Shown here: positions 7,724-17,189 of the stretch, in pieces
Numbering within the stretch: position 1 is the stretch's first letter
Layout: every line of letters starts with the position of its first letter
Virus record (IMG/VR): IMGVR_UViG_3300029578_000018
Direction: 5' to 3' (one strand)
DNA: 46,551 nt
DNA from: a virus
Translations under genes and position numbers: made by a program
Notes under the pieces: model-generated
What the model saw: the letters and a program-made list of their open reading frames with translations, nothing else
Database searches by the model: none
What the model was told of the DNA's origin: nothing

Positions 7724-9366
7724 TTCACCCCCACGAAGGACACGGAACCGTTAGGCTGTACGACAATGCCCATAGGCCCCAGGCGGAACTTGCTCAGCTC
7801 CACCAGCTCAAAACTATTATTATTCCAATATGCCAGAAGGGTCCCAGAAGTATCATAGAATCCGATTTTGTCGTTGTACTCTTTCAGCACAATTTCCGAC
7901 GCAGATGACCCGATACGCAGCACCGGATGGCCGTCATCGTCGATACTGGCGTCGATGAAGTCCGAAAGCGTCTGGCCGTTGACGGTGACTCTTTCTGCGG
8001 ACATTTGCCCTGCGGTAATGACATTTGCGTTGATCTCGCCGTCCATGGTCAATGCAACACCGGAAATTGTATTTCCGCCGTCCTTGGAGAATCCCAGCCC
8101 ACCTGTGGACATAATCCACATCCGGGTATTGGGCGTAATGGTGGGCGTATCTCGCAGGGTCCACCCGATTGGAAAGCCCTGTTCGTCCAGAGTCAGCTCG
8201 TAATACCCGCCCTTTGCCCCGATGATCTTCTGTGTGGCGTTCTGCATGGCCTTGGTAAGGCCCTCATAAGCCCGCTTAATTCGCTGCTCTGTAGGGCTTT
8301 CCATGGCGTAATCCGCGTCCTGTGGGGCGTAACTGTGCATCGTAGAGGACAGGCCACCGTACAGGTGAATTTCCTGCTCCATAACGCACACATCCAGCCA
8401 TTCGCCGGTATCACCCTCCACTTGGATGACGTCGCCAACCTCAACAGACGGGTCACAACGCCATTTTACATCGCAGGGTTGGAAGGATATCTCTAACTCC
8501 GGCTGAATCAGGTCTGCAACGGCCTGATTCATGTAGGGGTTTGTGGACGTAATCCCCAGGCCGGTGCCGGATGTAATGGGTTCATCTTCCGTTCCGGTGG
8601 TGAGACTGGATACCGTGTACAGACCGTCTGCCGTGCGGGTCAGGCCGGACATGTACTGTTGGTCCCGGCCAACCCGGAAAGTAGTCTTTGCGTACCACTT
8701 GAACACCAGATTGCCGTCCCGGTCGAAGTGCGCGGACTGCCCGCACAGTCCAGCCAGCCACCCCAGCTGCTGTCGGATGGCCCCCTCAAACACAGACTCG
8801 ATTGTCATATCCGGGAAAATCACCGTTGGGGGAGTCAGGCCGCTTTGCGCACACAAGTCCGTCAGCATAGCGTCTGGCGTGGCGGGGAACTCAATTTGCG
8901 GGGTGTACTGCTCCGTCAAGGATGCCATTTGGTCGTAGCCGGTGATTTCCCAGCCATACACCAAATTTTCCACGCCGTCTGCGGGGATGTAATATCGGCC
9001 CAGGGGGACATATTCCACCCCAGATGCTGCGGTGCTTACACCGGAGATTGCCTTACCGGCCACAGCCTGACCGGCGATGGCTGTCGTGCCTGTATCGCCG
9101 CCAGGAACGGAGATGCCGATATACGGCACAAAGTACCCGCCGGACAATTGCAACGGCTCATCCGGCTTGTAAATGCGGATTTTGCACCGCCCGGAACAGG
9201 CAGAGCCGACGGAAATACCGTCTGAAGAATCAAACGCCGGTGTGGCGGTGATCTCCTGAACGTAGTTTCCGTCAAGCTCTGTCTGCCCATTAAAAATCAC
9301 CTTGGCCTTGATCTCGCGGCCATAATCCGCAAATGCGGTGTGGAACGCGGTGGAGACATTGTACAT
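7720..9366 (-). CDS. Tail tip / tail-associated lysin-position protein (prophage tail endopeptidase-like, Tal)
   Basis: 548-aa ORF directly after the Dit-position gene. The N-terminus is typical of phage minor structural proteins. Confidence 0.7.
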   Translation of the reverse strand: MYNVSTAFHTAFADYGREIKAKVIFNGQTELDGNYVQEITATPAFDSSDGISVGSACSGRCKIRIYKPDEPLQLSGGYFVPYIGISVPGGDTGTTAIAGQAVAGKAISGVSTAASGVEYVPLGRYYIPADGVENLVYGWEITGYDQMASLTEQYTPQIEFPATPDAMLTDLCAQSGLTPPTVIFPDMTIESVFEGAIRQQLGWLAGLCGQSAHFDRDGNLVFKWYAKTTFRVGRDQQYMSGLTRTADGLYTVSSLTTGTEDEPITSGTGLGITSTNPYMNQAVADLIQPELEISFQPCDVKWRCDPSVEVGDVIQVEGDTGEWLDVCVMEQEIHLYGGLSSTMHSYAPQDADYAMESPTEQRIKRAYEGLTKAMQNATQKIIGAKGGYYELTLDEQGFPIGWTLRDTPTITPNTRMWIMSTGGLGFSKDGGNTISGVALTMDGEINANVITAGQMSAERVTVNGQTLSDFIDASIDDDGHPVLRIGSSASEIVLKEYNDKIGFYDTSGTLLAYWNNNSFELVELSKFRLGPMGIVVQPNGSVSFVGVN

Positions 9367-9370
9367 AAAC

Positions 9371-9742
9371 TCACCTCTCCACGAAGTTCATGGACAGACT
9401 TTCCCATCTCCATTCCCCATCGATGCAAGAGTACATGGGGGTAGTGCGGTCCCCCACATAACACGTCATGGTGCGGTTCATGCCGTCCTCCGCGTCTGGC
9501 CCTGTCGCCTGGAAAAATACGTCCGTGACGGCTTTCAAGATTGTGGAGCATTGTTCAGCAGTCAAAGGGGGCCATTCCATGGTCCACTTCCGTTTCCTGG
9601 CTACCCTGTCGCGGAACGCATCACCATTCTGGTTTCTTCCGGAACCGTCTGCATCTACGTCCTGCAAGCCCCAGGAAAAAGATTTGGGGTCAGGGAGCGG
9701 CACAGTGGTCTCGTCTTTCTTTTTTACCGTGATGATTGCCAT
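9371..9742 (-). CDS. Distal tail protein-position gene (short, 123 aa)
   Basis: Called by position, between the tape measure and Tal. Confidence 0.55.
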   Translation of the reverse strand: MAIITVKKKDETTVPLPDPKSFSWGLQDVDADGSGRNQNGDAFRDRVARKRKWTMEWPPLTAEQCSTILKAVTDVFFQATGPDAEDGMNRTMTCYVGDRTTPMYSCIDGEWRWESLSMNFVER

Positions 9743-9751
9743 GCGCCCTCC

Positions 9752-12739
9752 TTACGCGAACAGGGGAGATTTGCCGGTTGCCCGGACCACCTCTTTGTTT
9801 TTCTTTACGACGTTGCGATACACCACGTCGCCGTCCATATTGATAGTAATGTTGATATCCCCGGACACTCCATCTTTATTGGACATAGCGGACATTACAG
9901 CGCGGTACACGCCGTCAGACACGGCGGAGACTATCTGGTCATTGTTCGCAACGGCTGTCCGTCTGCCGATGTTGCCCACCATCTCCGCGCCAGCTTCACG
10001 GGCGACAAACAACTGTCCCTCGTTGGGAAAACCGCCTTCGGCAAGCTTCGGAATGTAAATCGGCTCGACTTTCGTGATACTTACTCCAGGGATTTTGTTG
10101 ATTAGCCCGATTGCCAGATTCAACATTCGTATGAATCCGTTAATCGTTCGCTCAATCGTGGAAAAGATTCCGTTGATTACGCCCTTGAAAATGCCGGAGG
10201 CGAAATCGGATACAGTCGTCCAAATCCCCTTAAAGATTTTGACGGCTGTATCTCTTATCAAGGTGAGCTTTGCCAAGAAAAAGCCAACTATCGGTTTAAT
10301 GACCGTGTCGTACACCCATGTTGCGGCCTTTTTCAGCGGATCGATCACGTGTTCCTTCACCCAGCCGGTTACTGGAACGATGACATAGGTGTAGAACGCA
10401 GTCCCCGCTGCGGCGAGGACTTCCACGACTTTTAGAGAGATTTCTTTAATTTTATTCCAGATAGTTTTGACGCCCTCAATGATTCCGGAGACAATTTCCA
10501 CCGCGTTATTCCAGATGTGTGTCGCAACATCCGCCACAGATTCAGCAACGGGGCGGAAGAACTCAATGATCGGCGAAATGACTTTCTCCCACACCCAGTT
10601 TGCAGCAGTGCTCAATGCACTAACTACCGGCTGGATGATTTTCCCGTCAAACCATTCCCAAATGTTCGTAAAGAAACCAGCTATTTCATTGCCGAAATTC
10701 TGCACTATCCAGATTGCAAGGTCGGTCAGCGCCCCGACGGCGAGTCCGATCAGAGCACCAATTCCCATACCGATAGGCCCGCCAAGCGACCCGATGATTG
10801 CACCCACACCGGCACCCGCCATGGTGGAGCCCAGAGGAATAAGCACTCCATTCAACCAATTAAGCCCGTTTTTAATGGCGTCGTATACAGATACCAAGTA
10901 CGTCGGTAGCCCGGCAATAATCATGCCAACTCCGGCGGCGAGCATTCCTGTACCAATCGTTCCGGCCATGGGAACGAGTGTTGCAAGCTTTCTGGAGATT
11001 GCGGTAATCGCAGGAAGAATTCCTTTGGCGATGGACCATCCCGAAAAAGCCGCTCCAACAGCAATGGCCAGCGGCAGCAGTTCTTTGAGCTTTGCCTTAA
11101 CCTGTTCAACGTTTCTGCTCACGACCCCAGCCAAGAAATCGTACTCGGGCAAATTAATCCCGAGTCCACCAGAGCCGGTAATGCCAGCATCCGTTTTGCC
11201 GGAAGAACCCGTGTTGGACGGCAGGATGTTCAATTCGTCAAAGCCCATGGTGTAGCGCTTAAACTCCTTGGCAGCGTCTACCGCTGCATCCATGTTGTCC
11301 GAAAGATCCCCGGCGGCAACAGCCCCACGATTCACGCCGTCCCAGTCAACGTCCGTAAGCTCAAACCTGAACAGTTTAGCCAGCGCGTTCGCTAACTCGC
11401 GGACAATTTGCAGAAACGCAATGACATAAGGCAGAGCTTTAGTCAGAATCGGGATAAACAGATTGCCGATTGCACGGGACACCTGAGTGATTTCTGCTCT
11501 AAGCACACGCAGCTGGTTCGCAGGAGCTTCCAGGGTTCGGGCCATGTCGCCCTGTGCGGTCGTCACCTGTGTCATAATAGCGTAGTACCGCAATTCTGCT
11601 TTTTCCGCCTGATTCATGGCGGAAACGCTCTTGGTAATACCAAGATTCAGCGCTTCCTGCTGCAATCGCGCAACAGACAGGTCATAGCCCAATCTTCGCA
11701 GTGGCTCCAGTTCGCCTGCAATGCCGGATTGCAGCTTCTGCATGGAGTCCTCAACAGAGATGTTGAAGAAAGAGGACAGGTCATAGCCCAACTGTGTCAA
11801 ATTTTTGCTCATGGTGTATGCCCGGTCTTCTGTATCGCCAAATCCAGTCAGAAGCGTCTGGAACACACCCTGGTTCCGCATCCACTGCGCCGGGTCGATG
11901 CCCATCACAGAAGATACTTTTTCTGCGTAGTTCTGCGCTTCCTTTGCGTATTTACCCAGCGCGACGCTGAACAGGTTCAGGTCCTCTTGGTACGTGTTGG
12001 ATTCCGTGATAGCCGTTCCGATAAGGCCCACCACGCGCCGCAGCCCAGCATACAAAATTCCGAACCGAATCATGCCCGTAGCTCTACTAAACATGCTCGT
12101 TCTGCGCGTCCCGCGCTGCACAGCGGCGTTGTACTGGGTTACCATCGTAATGGCCCGCTGGAGTCTGGCGGGTAGCGCAGCAAATCCCGTTCCGAGCCGC
12201 TGCATCTCGTCAGCCAACGGACGAATCGCCGCCGCAAGCTCCTTCATTTGGCGGTTAAACTTATCCAAATCCGCCGCATCAAGCTCACGCATGACCTCCG
12301 GGAGTTTGCCGAGTTGGCTAATAAACGATGTGAGACGGGAACGTCCCAGTTCGGAGAGCGGACGCATACCGTCTGCAAGGGCAATCAGCTTATCGCCGTC
12401 CGTTGTCTTGATTTGGCTCAGCGCCGTAGATAGTGCGGCGATTTGGTTCGGCACGGAACTGGAGATTTTGACGGCGCTGACCTCACTCAGGCTTTTCAGT
12501 CCGCTGGTCAAGGACCGGAGCCTCTGGAGCTTATCTGTGCTGGTGTTTTCCAGGGCCTTGTTCAAGGAGTCCAACTGCCTGGCAGTAGTGCGCAGAGCAG
12601 ACACGCCCCCGGATGTGGCCGTTTTCAGACGAACCAGGGTATTTTGCAGCTTTTCCAGGGACGCTACAGCGCTGTCGCTGTTTTCCTTAATTTGAAACTC
12701 AATACCATGGATTTCCACATTATCCGCCATTCTTGCCAC
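9752..12739 (-). CDS. Tape measure protein
   Basis: 995 aa, helical N-terminal half, Gly/Ala-rich TM-like central block, and the canonical position after the G/GT chaperones. Confidence 0.9.
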   Translation of the reverse strand: MARMADNVEIHGIEFQIKENSDSAVASLEKLQNTLVRLKTATSGGVSALRTTARQLDSLNKALENTSTDKLQRLRSLTSGLKSLSEVSAVKISSSVPNQIAALSTALSQIKTTDGDKLIALADGMRPLSELGRSRLTSFISQLGKLPEVMRELDAADLDKFNRQMKELAAAIRPLADEMQRLGTGFAALPARLQRAITMVTQYNAAVQRGTRRTSMFSRATGMIRFGILYAGLRRVVGLIGTAITESNTYQEDLNLFSVALGKYAKEAQNYAEKVSSVMGIDPAQWMRNQGVFQTLLTGFGDTEDRAYTMSKNLTQLGYDLSSFFNISVEDSMQKLQSGIAGELEPLRRLGYDLSVARLQQEALNLGITKSVSAMNQAEKAELRYYAIMTQVTTAQGDMARTLEAPANQLRVLRAEITQVSRAIGNLFIPILTKALPYVIAFLQIVRELANALAKLFRFELTDVDWDGVNRGAVAAGDLSDNMDAAVDAAKEFKRYTMGFDELNILPSNTGSSGKTDAGITGSGGLGINLPEYDFLAGVVSRNVEQVKAKLKELLPLAIAVGAAFSGWSIAKGILPAITAISRKLATLVPMAGTIGTGMLAAGVGMIIAGLPTYLVSVYDAIKNGLNWLNGVLIPLGSTMAGAGVGAIIGSLGGPIGMGIGALIGLAVGALTDLAIWIVQNFGNEIAGFFTNIWEWFDGKIIQPVVSALSTAANWVWEKVISPIIEFFRPVAESVADVATHIWNNAVEIVSGIIEGVKTIWNKIKEISLKVVEVLAAAGTAFYTYVIVPVTGWVKEHVIDPLKKAATWVYDTVIKPIVGFFLAKLTLIRDTAVKIFKGIWTTVSDFASGIFKGVINGIFSTIERTINGFIRMLNLAIGLINKIPGVSITKVEPIYIPKLAEGGFPNEGQLFVAREAGAEMVGNIGRRTAVANNDQIVSAVSDGVYRAVMSAMSNKDGVSGDINITINMDGDVVYRNVVKKNKEVVRATGKSPLFA

Positions 12740-13172
12740 CTCCCTGCTCGAATCGTTTGTTGTTCGCGATCATAAACATCTCCATGACGGACCGCGCCTT
12801 CTTGTCGCCTTGCTCCTGTTTTTTGAGCTTTTCGCTCTGTGCATACAGGTCGTATGGGGAATCACGGTACGGCTTTGGCCTGGTACCTTTCTTGCCGCCC
12901 ATGCGGAGAATGGGTGCTAAGTCCGCCACGGCTTCATAAATGTATGCGCCGTGCAGCCATGCGGTTTGATTTGTCAAATCGCGTTTAATCTTCGCTGCTT
13001 CCCTGTAATATTTGACCAGTTCACAGTCCTCGTCCCAGTACTGGCTATAGGTCATACCAATGGCCAGATAATATGGAAACAGCTCATAGAATTTATCGGA
13101 ATAGCGGGGGATTGGCTCCCCCGCTTTATTCGACGGCGACTCGTTTACCAGTTCGCCGTCCAGGTAGGGTTT
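12720..13172 (-). CDS. Tail assembly chaperone, -1 frame extension (the T part of a G-T fusion)
   Basis: The frame of track ORF 12720..13055 stays open upstream to the slip site (hand translation 13172 -> 13055, no stops). It is the -1 frame relative to ORF 13145..13480. Confidence 0.55.
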   Translation of the reverse strand, partial: KPYLDGELVNESPSNKAGEPIPRYSDKFYELFPYYLAIGMTYSQYWDEDCELVKYYREAAKIKRDLTNQTAWLHGAYIYEAVADLAPILRMGGKKGTRPKPYRDSPYDLYAQSEKLKKQEQGDKKARSVMEMFMIANNKRFEQGGGKNGG

Positions 13173-13480
13173 TCCTCGCTTTCCACAGGCTCGTCCAGCA
13201 AGGCGATGATGGGGTCGTTGTACATCTCAACCAGCTTGCCGATCAGTTCGTCCTTCTTGGACATACCCGCGTAAATCTTGTCGATCACATCGCGCTTAAC
13301 AAACCGATGATGAGCTTTAAAAGCTCCAGCAAACAGCGCGGGAAGACTGGTCATGGGCTTGCTTTCGACTTCGGTCGCAACAAACCCTTCTTTCTCCATC
13401 AGCTCCACGGTCTTGCGGGTATATTCCAGGGTGTACGCAATGCCGGTCACGGGATCCTTAACAGTAAGCGTCTTTGCCAT
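13145..13480 (-). CDS. Tail assembly chaperone (G-like)
   Basis: 111-aa acidic ORF between the tail tube gene and the tape measure. Confidence 0.75.
   Translation of the reverse strand: MAKTLTVKDPVTGIAYTLEYTRKTVELMEKEGFVATEVESKPMTSLPALFAGAFKAHHRFVKRDVIDKIYAGMSKKDELIGKLVEMYNDPIIALLDEPVESEENPTWTANW
13166..13172 (-). promoter_or_regulatory. Candidate -1 programmed frameshift heptamer A_AAC_CCT
   Basis: Fits X_XXY_YYZ in the G reading frame, 6 codons before the G stop. The -1 frame is open from here to 12720. Confidence 0.5.
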
Positions 13481-13494
13481 ATTCTGTTTTCTCC

Positions 13495-13896
13495 TTATTC
13501 GCCATCCAGGTTGATTACGGTCGAGGGAGCGATGGTGATAGCCATGCCCACAACTTCGTTGACACCGCCTCCAGTGGGGTACACGGACAACTCGCCCTTA
13601 AAGCTGAACTTGCCGTCGGAACCGGAAGGAGTCAGCGTTCCCGCACTTTCAGTGCCGCCGAACCATACGGCGTAATCCTCTTGCTTGCCCTCCAGCGCTT
13701 TGAGCGCTTTATAATCGGGCAAGGCGTAGTTGGCGGTGAAGGACAGGCCGTCCATGGACTGGATGCCCGCGATGAAGGTCTGCATCTTGTCGGAAAGCGT
13801 GGTGGTTTCCAGCATGTCGGGGTCGCCACCCAGATCGGGGAACTCTTTGATGTCGATCAGCTTCGACCACGACGCAGCGCTGGTATCTTTGTGCAT
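13495..13896 (-). CDS. Major tail (tube) protein, TP901-1/phi13-like
   Basis: IDIKEFPDLGGDPDMLETTTLSD is a typical motif of this family. The N-terminal boundary is uncertain (see the finding at 13894..13941). Confidence 0.8.
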   Translation of the reverse strand: MHKDTSAASWSKLIDIKEFPDLGGDPDMLETTTLSDKMQTFIAGIQSMDGLSFTANYALPDYKALKALEGKQEDYAVWFGGTESAGTLTPSGSDGKFSFKGELSVYPTGGGVNEVVGMAITIAPSTVINLDGE

Positions 13897-13945
13897 CAGG
13901 AAAACCTTGTAGGTAGAGATAGGGATAGGTCATCATTCCTTTCTG

Positions 13946-14347
13946 TTATCGTCTGAAAATAGTGGCCCCGTCTGTTTCCGCCCTGTATCTGGCAACAAGA
14001 CGGTAGATAGAGGCGTTTTCCATGTTCGGGACCGGGGACATGGAAATCCTTGCGAAGTTACGCGCATACATCATCCTGTCGATGTCTGCCATGATGGAAC
14101 GGCATTCACTCTTTTTCCCGCCAGTTTTGTTGGAGTAGACGTTTACCTCGTACATCAGTACGGAATATCTCTCTCTTTCGGATGAATCTAAACGATTTGC
14201 GGCGGTGTAATTGTCCTGCTCCACAATGCTGGCATGTGGGAATTTAGGGGGTGCATTGATATACTCCCCGGCCACGTCAATGCCCGGGTATTTCTCGCGG
14301 AGCTGTTCCGCGATTGGCGTATATACCTTGCTTTCAATGTCGATCAT
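13946..14347 (-). CDS. Tail completion / terminator-position protein
   Basis: 133-aa ORF between the gp10-like neck protein and the tail tube gene. Confidence 0.6.
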   Translation of the reverse strand: MIDIESKVYTPIAEQLREKYPGIDVAGEYINAPPKFPHASIVEQDNYTAANRLDSSERERYSVLMYEVNVYSNKTGGKKSECRSIMADIDRMMYARNFARISMSPVPNMENASIYRLVARYRAETDGATIFRR

Positions 14348-14871
14348 CGAAACACCTCCTTGACCAAGGCTGGGAGCCTGTCTGAAAGCTCCTTTACCGT
14401 GTCGTACATGGACATGTTGGCCGGGTTGCCGTGAGTAAGAACCACCGTATTGCCGGTTTTTGGGTTCGTTTTCTCAACTCCGTTCGTTCCGGGGTCCCCG
14501 TAGTAGCCCCACGTCCTTTGCTTGCCGTGACCCTTTCCGTAAGCGCCGCGAACCATGCCGTTTCGCGCAGCTTCCGGGTGGTTGTCCGGGTACATAACGC
14601 CAGTGCCGAATTCAATAAACAGGACGGACGCACCGACAGCTACTACCGCCGCCGTGCGTCCGTCCCGTTCTTCGATTTTTACATTCGCGTCGTTTGTCCC
14701 GTCGTATACGGCAGACTCAAATTTTGCGGATGCGATATCATACCCCATGGAAGAAAGCTCTCGGAGAAGCACATTCGCCCTGTCCTCCAGCCATGTCCGG
14801 TAATCTTCGACTACGTCAATCATCCGTTGAATGCCCGCAGCGGACAGCGCCGTCTTTACAGTCCTTTTCAC
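14344..14871 (-). CDS. HK97 gp10-like head-tail component
   Basis: VLFIEFGTG motif, its position, and a 4-nt overlap with the neighbouring gene. Confidence 0.65.
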   Translation of the reverse strand: MKRTVKTALSAAGIQRMIDVVEDYRTWLEDRANVLLRELSSMGYDIASAKFESAVYDGTNDANVKIEERDGRTAAVVAVGASVLFIEFGTGVMYPDNHPEAARNGMVRGAYGKGHGKQRTWGYYGDPGTNGVEKTNPKTGNTVVLTHGNPANMSMYDTVKELSDRLPALVKEVFR

Positions 14872-15239
14872 GACACATTCACCTTGCTGACGGCGATGGA
14901 AACCAAATTCAGAGACTTGGCAATTTGCTTTACAACGTAGTCATAAAGCGGCCTTCCGTCTTTATATTCTGGTTTTTTGTCGATAAAAAGTACTGCGTTT
15001 TCGTCGATGGGGCAGGTCATATCATCTGTGATAATCACCTTGTCATAGGAGATGAACTGCCCAAACTGCTGAATCTGAGCATACCCAGCAGCCGGGGAGA
15101 TGTTGGCTTCCATTTTCACCTGGTCCGCATATTTCACGTTTTTTTCGCCGGTTTCGTATCCACCAGCGTCCTTCCCCAGTTCTGTCCCTTGGTACAAAAG
15201 ATACCAAAACGGCCTTTTGTTTCGGTTCATGATTTTCAT
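14868..15239 (-). CDS. Head closure / head-tail adaptor-position protein
   Basis: Called by position in the connector cluster. 123 aa. Confidence 0.55.
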   Translation of the reverse strand: MKIMNRNKRPFWYLLYQGTELGKDAGGYETGEKNVKYADQVKMEANISPAAGYAQIQQFGQFISYDKVIITDDMTCPIDENAVLFIDKKPEYKDGRPLYDYVVKQIAKSLNLVSIAVSKVNVS

Positions 15240-15248
15240 CCTTGCACC

Positions 15249-15560
15249 TCACATGGTGGCCGCAAACGGCACGATTTCCCGCATAAGAGAAGGTGGCACG
15301 TCGCCGCCCTCATAAGACCTGGAAACGCCATTTTCGCTATGCGCTGTTTCCCCCTCTGCTCCGCGCTTGTTGATGAGATATGCGGCGATCTCAATTTGGT
15401 TGATCTCGTAGCATGCGGGGACAGCAGTGGCATCTGTCCCGAACGGAAACGCTCTGCGAAGAATCTTGCTGGCCGCAATATTCAGATACGCAGAGAGAAT
15501 CGATTCGCTTGTCTCTCCGGTCATGTCTCCCAGCATGGCCAGTTTTTCTTCGTCGCGCAT
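15249..15560 (-). CDS. gp6-like head-tail connector protein
   Basis: 103-aa ORF immediately after the capsid gene, with an LSAYLNIAASKILRRAF helix pattern. Confidence 0.6.
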   Translation of the reverse strand: MRDEEKLAMLGDMTGETSESILSAYLNIAASKILRRAFPFGTDATAVPACYEINQIEIAAYLINKRGAEGETAHSENGVSRSYEGGDVPPSLMREIVPFAATM

Positions 15561-15574
15561 CTCATACCTCCAGA

Positions 15575-16600
15575 TCAGCCGGTGACAGCTTTGGTGTTAA
15601 CGGGATTGCTGGCGTCGTTGGCGATGAACACGCTGCGGCTGTAGGTAGGCTTGGTGAAGGTGGCGGCGATGCCGGTAAACTTGCCGTGGTACCACTCAGG
15701 GCCATGGTCGAGACCGATCTGACCGAACAGCTGATACTTCTCGCCCGCGCCGGTTTTGGCCAGTTGTTCCAGGATGAAGTTACCCTTGCCGGGCACAGGC
15801 TGGAACACGGGGGAAATAGCGTCCAGGTTCAGCAGCAGAGCGGTGCCAGCGGGCAGGCACTCGCCGAGGTACAGGTACACCACGCCCAGGGGAGTAACCA
15901 CGCTGGAGAGCGAAATACCGTTGATTTCACGCGAAGCAGGAACCACGGTCAGGCCATTCTGAACAGCGTCGGCGTTAATCTGGAACATGGTCACAGCGTC
16001 ACACCACAGGCAAAGGCCATCGGTGGGAGCGTTCTGGCCATAGACCTTCTTCACCATGTCGGCGATATCCCACAGGCCCAGAGGCTTGCTGCCCATGGCC
16101 GTGACGTTGGTGGTGATTGCGGTGACAAGCCCACGGGTCTTGTTGATCTTGGTGTCATCGGTGGCCTTGTTGTACACGCCGTTGATGAACGTGTATTCAA
16201 TGTCACGGTTGATCTTCTGCATCTTGGCGGCCACCTGAAAGTCCAGTTCATTAATGGGGTTTGCCTGTTGACCAGCCACGTTCAGGCCCGACAGGGTGCC
16301 CATATTGGACTGTTTGGCATAGGAGATGCCGACAGCCTCATGGAAAATCTGGGTAACGTTTGTTTGCTGCTCCCGGGTCACAATGGAAGCATCGGGGGCG
16401 GTCAAAGACGCAGACTCGGAGATGGCGGGCTGTTCTCCGCCGCCGGTGGTGTATTCCTGGCCGGTAACAAACTCTACGTGGTTCGTCACCTTAGCCCGGG
16501 AACCGATAATGGAACTCAGGGGGGTCTTGGTATTGCCCTTGTTAAAGAGCATGCCGGAATAGTTCAGCGTTGCAAAGCTGGTAGCAAAAGTATCTGCCAT
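15575..16600 (-). CDS. Major capsid protein (HK97 fold, SU10-MCP-like)
   Basis: 341 aa, follows the scaffold gene. It carries the FATLNYSGMLFN...ISESASLTAP...QIFHEAVGISY pattern. Confidence 0.85.
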   Translation of the reverse strand: MADTFATSFATLNYSGMLFNKGNTKTPLSSIIGSRAKVTNHVEFVTGQEYTTGGGEQPAISESASLTAPDASIVTREQQTNVTQIFHEAVGISYAKQSNMGTLSGLNVAGQQANPINELDFQVAAKMQKINRDIEYTFINGVYNKATDDTKINKTRGLVTAITTNVTAMGSKPLGLWDIADMVKKVYGQNAPTDGLCLWCDAVTMFQINADAVQNGLTVVPASREINGISLSSVVTPLGVVYLYLGECLPAGTALLLNLDAISPVFQPVPGKGNFILEQLAKTGAGEKYQLFGQIGLDHGPEWYHGKFTGIAATFTKPTYSRSVFIANDASNPVNTKAVTG

Positions 16601-16613
16601 GTCTTAACTCCTT

Positions 16614-17189
16614 TTATTTGTTATTTGCGGATTCTTCCTGTGCCTTCAGGCGCGTGTAATAAGCGACTTCCGCATAGTTCTTGCTTGCACGCGCCTCCTC
16701 GATCTTCTTGTCGTAATCAACTCCAACGGGACCGGCACCGCCGTGCGGCGCGGGAGTGCCCTTGAGGATGTCGGACTTTACCTTCTTGGCATACTCGTCC
16801 AGGAATTTCTGCTGGTTCGCAAAGACCTTTGCGGAATCACCAGCCGCCAGAGCTTTGGCGGTGTCACTTGCCAAATCTTCTGCATAGCCCTGCGCCACGA
16901 ACTTGGCCTTGTACTCAGAGACGGTCTTTGCCGTTCTCAGCTCGTCAAGCTCTTTCTGCATTGCGGCAATGCTATCGGATTGTTCCTGTTTCTGGCGCTC
17001 GTCCTCGGAAAGCATATCGTTGTACTTCTTCTTCCACTGGGCGGCTTCGGAATTCGCCTTGGAAATAGCATTCTTCTGCCGGGCAATCTCTGCGGCATTG
17101 TCCTCATACTCGAATCCCTCCAGGGCCTTGAGCTTGTCCTCGGTGGACATATCTGCGTAACCTTCGATTCTGCTGGTGTCGATTTTCAT
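16614..17189 (-). CDS. Scaffolding protein
   Basis: 191 aa, highly charged coiled coil, between the portal and capsid genes. Confidence 0.8.
   Translation of the reverse strand: MKIDTSRIEGYADMSTEDKLKALEGFEYEDNAAEIARQKNAISKANSEAAQWKKKYNDMLSEDERQKQEQSDSIAAMQKELDELRTAKTVSEYKAKFVAQGYAEDLASDTAKALAAGDSAKVFANQQKFLDEYAKKVKSDILKGTPAPHGGAGPVGVDYDKKIEEARASKNYAEVAYYTRLKAQEESANNK

Noticed and set aside
13709-13936. 75-aa ORF in the alternate frame of the tail tube gene as a separate gene
   Set aside because: It lies entirely inside the tube-protein gene and has no domain pattern. Only its first few codons matter, as a possible true start displaced by one base (see the finding at 13894..13941).
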